This document shows, in pieces, positions 61,552 through 64,000 of a DNA stretch of 64,000 nucleotides (its first letter is position 1; the number at the start of each line of letters is the position of its first letter). The position numbers and the translations under genes were made by a program. The notes beneath the pieces were generated by a model. The model searched no databases. It was not told the origin of the DNA and saw nothing but the letters and a program-made list of their open reading frames with translations. This DNA is from Curvularia clavata (Eukaryota), in assembly GCA_023920165.1 (NCBI GenBank), contig CP089279.1:310001-374000 (forward strand), read 5' to 3'.

Positions 61552-61967
61552 TGTTCTCGGTGCTGGAGTGACTCGAATGTTTGTTTCAATGTGAAACCCA
61601 AGGTTTGGACACCCCGAACAGATACGAGAGTGGTGAGGGAAGCTGACGAGCGGTGGTGGAGGAGAAGAATATAAAGGGCTGTGACAAGTAATTGTTTACA
61701 GCGAGCAACCAGGCCGAAGGTGATTGGATCTGGGTAGATGGCGGTAGCCTGGGTCGTTTGCGCGCTAGGCTAATAGCGGTATAACTGGGCTAACAAAGAC
61801 GCTGGGGTTGGTGTCATTTCTTACACGCAAACACAATCACAAACGCGCATCTGGCAAGATTCATATCACGCGCGCAACTCGTCAAAAAGATCTGCTGCCT
61901 TCACCTTTTTGAGCCACGGTAGACCACGGAATCCGCGATTCATACGCCATCATCTGCTACACGCCTC

Positions 61968-63029
61968 ATGTCGCTCCTCGAACTTCCTCCCGAGATCCTC
62001 ATTACGATCTTTGAATATGTCGGTTCACAATCTTTTCGCTCCGAATTGACCCGCCTCATGGTCTGTAAGCAGTGGTATGCGTTTGCTCGTACCGCATACT
62101 TCCATGACCTCCGGATTACTACAAAGATACTACGACGGTTACTGGCTTCTCCATATGCGGAAACGAACCTGGCTCGAATTCAAAAGAACGCGGTCAGAAT
62201 GGAGTTGGAATTTCAAGGATTTGAAGACTGGGACTCGTTTCACGCCTCTAGTTATGATTTACCTGAGGTCAGCTGGCATGTCACTTACGGTCGCGTAGAG
62301 CGGTTAGCCTGGACACCTGAATTCAACAATGATCTGCTCCGTCTTGCTAAAACGGTCAAAAAGTCACAAAAGCTGCGCTGCCTGCGTATACAAGCCATCA
62401 CCGAACTGCACGAAAACACACTGCTTGAAGAACGCCGCCACTACCTTTTCACATGGGCAATACGCCCATTCCTGTCAAAAAATGCCCTGACTACTTTAGA
62501 CCTGGATCTAGTCGGTACTGAGCTTGTGCAAGGCGGGAAAGATGGCCAAGAATTCCATGCGTGCGTGAGTATAGCCGCGCTTCTTACAACACTACTACGT
62601 TTGAGACTACGCATGCGCCGTATCTGCGCCAATGTTTTGAATACTGGAGGACCTGACAAGAAGCTTCGTTTGAACGAGGTAATTATCAACCTCAGTCTCG
62701 CCAACGAGTCACCTCTAGTGAGCAGCTTCTCGCATGCTAAGTGCTGTAATACTTCTTCATCTGGGCTCCCTCAATTGCAACATGCCTTAGAAGAGCAGGC
62801 GGGAGTTCTTGTGACACAGATGGAGAACCCTATGATGGTGAGAATACTGCGCCAGGAAGGACGTATGGGTCGAAAAATGCAGGCATTCGATGTCTTGACT
62901 GGAAAGACAATTGTTTTCGAGGATGGTACGGAGTGGGATGGTGAGGGCAAAATCATCGAAGAAAAGGTGTCAGATGGAGAGTCGGGGGAGTCAGAGATTT
63001 CAGAACTTTCCTCGGATAGCGATGTATAG
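61968..63029 (+). CDS. F-box-like domain protein
   Basis: N-terminal LLELPPEILITIFEYV...LMVCKQW, followed by LRR-like segments and an acidic tail. Intronless 353-aa ORF. Confidence 0.75.
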   Translation: MSLLELPPEILITIFEYVGSQSFRSELTRLMVCKQWYAFARTAYFHDLRITTKILRRLLASPYAETNLARIQKNAVRMELEFQGFEDWDSFHASSYDLPEVSWHVTYGRVERLAWTPEFNNDLLRLAKTVKKSQKLRCLRIQAITELHENTLLEERRHYLFTWAIRPFLSKNALTTLDLDLVGTELVQGGKDGQEFHACVSIAALLTTLLRLRLRMRRICANVLNTGGPDKKLRLNEVIINLSLANESPLVSSFSHAKCCNTSSSGLPQLQHALEEQAGVLVTQMENPMMVRILRQEGRMGRKMQAFDVLTGKTIVFEDGTEWDGEGKIIEEKVSDGESGESEISELSSDSDV

Positions 63030-64000
63030 GCACTAGTGGACCTGAGGGGTTCAATTCTCTCTTGAAGACCGGGCTCAACAAATCAGTATGCAGATTACCT
63101 CGGAATTAGCCAAGTAAGCTACCAGAAAGGTTAATATAAACGCTGCTCACCTATCAAGAGCACGTGAGACGTATTCAGCCAACCAATGATTTCATGTGAA
63201 GATGTTCCGAGCTTACTCTAGTTTCGAGTTTCAACTTTACCCAGAGGTTCAAAATAACTTGATGTCTTTTATTTCCTTGACAACTGGTCTTTGATGTTGT
63301 AACCCGTTTCCGACTAAAATCTGAGCCAGAAAGCATAAGCTCATCAGCAAGTCTGGTTATTTATGGTTAGTACCTGCAGCTTAGATACCGGTAATCTTGC
63401 GCTAGCAGAATGAAAGTATACGCGCGGGGTCATCCATGACTACGGTAACACTTCTGCGGCCCCCAACAAATGCGCTGAAAACACACTGTGGTTCATCCAG
63501 GTTCAATATCCACTCTTTCGGTTGCCCAGTAGCTTGATGATTGATATGCGTGAAGGCAAATGCAGCAACCCGAGTAGAGCGGTCAACACGTGGTCTAATG
63601 TCGATCTTGACACTCAACAGACCATGCATCAACTCAACAAGACACTGGCGGTGGGATGCACGGCTAAAGACTATACAAGATAAGAGTGCCGGTTGCCATA
63701 AGGTACATTGTATCTCGGCCACTCCAGCTTTCACAGAACCTTGGTTTGGCGAGGCACTCTTTTGACCAACGTTATCGGCCAACCCTCCATCTCAACATCC
63801 ATCTCCACGTGGGTTCTCTTTGCGTATTTCTTCTTTCAAAAGTCACCCAGTGTTCATCAGAAAAAGTGACTTTGTTGCCAGAAAAAAAGCTAGTGCTTTG
63901 CGACACGGGACATGACATCCAATCGCAAGTTGCTCATTTATCGCAGTGCCTATCAACGCGCCCTTATTTGAGATGCTAACTTCTTGCATGGAAAATGACG

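Noticed and set aside
63045..63070. B-box-like GGGGTTCAATTCTC
   Set aside because: Isolated motif directly after the F-box stop codon, with no cloverleaf.
1..64000. CRISPR arrays, rRNA, intact tRNA, intact transposons or a Starship captain
   Set aside because: None seen. The only longer tandem repeats are coding (ankyrin and 13-aa repeats).

Overview
This is fungal genomic DNA: short GT-AG introns with CTRAC branch points and a filamentous ascomycete gene set. A Dothideomycete/Pleosporales-like origin is an inference. About 22 protein-coding genes are visible. The conserved backbone is: Hook (partial), M28 aminopeptidase, carnitine acetyltransferase, Rad57, Pmt2, an MFS sugar porter, Chs7, Ssl1, an FAA hydrolase, Cbf1, Far11/STRIP and a cytochrome b2-like enzyme ending in PTS1. 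An accessory island (~10.6-19.4 kb) interrupts it. The island starts at a decayed tRNA-like sequence and carries a SesA/HeLo-like-NACHT-ankyrin NLR, TpA-rich relic DNA, and two head-to-head membrane-protein genes that appear to share an uncharacterised ~4-TM domain (one fused to a degenerate vWA domain). A gene-poor stretch (~43-51 kb) hides a 47-aa stand-alone DnaJ-type zinc-finger ORF below the ORF-track cutoff. The right end holds PTH11-like, GH43, DUF1996, a repeat/Cys microprotein, an APH-like kinase and an F-box-like gene. Other points of interest are a possible AUU-initiated N-terminal extension of the MFS transporter, two long introns that stay open in frame, and an 8-nt micro-exon. 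All calls come from reading the sequence by eye; no database searches were run.
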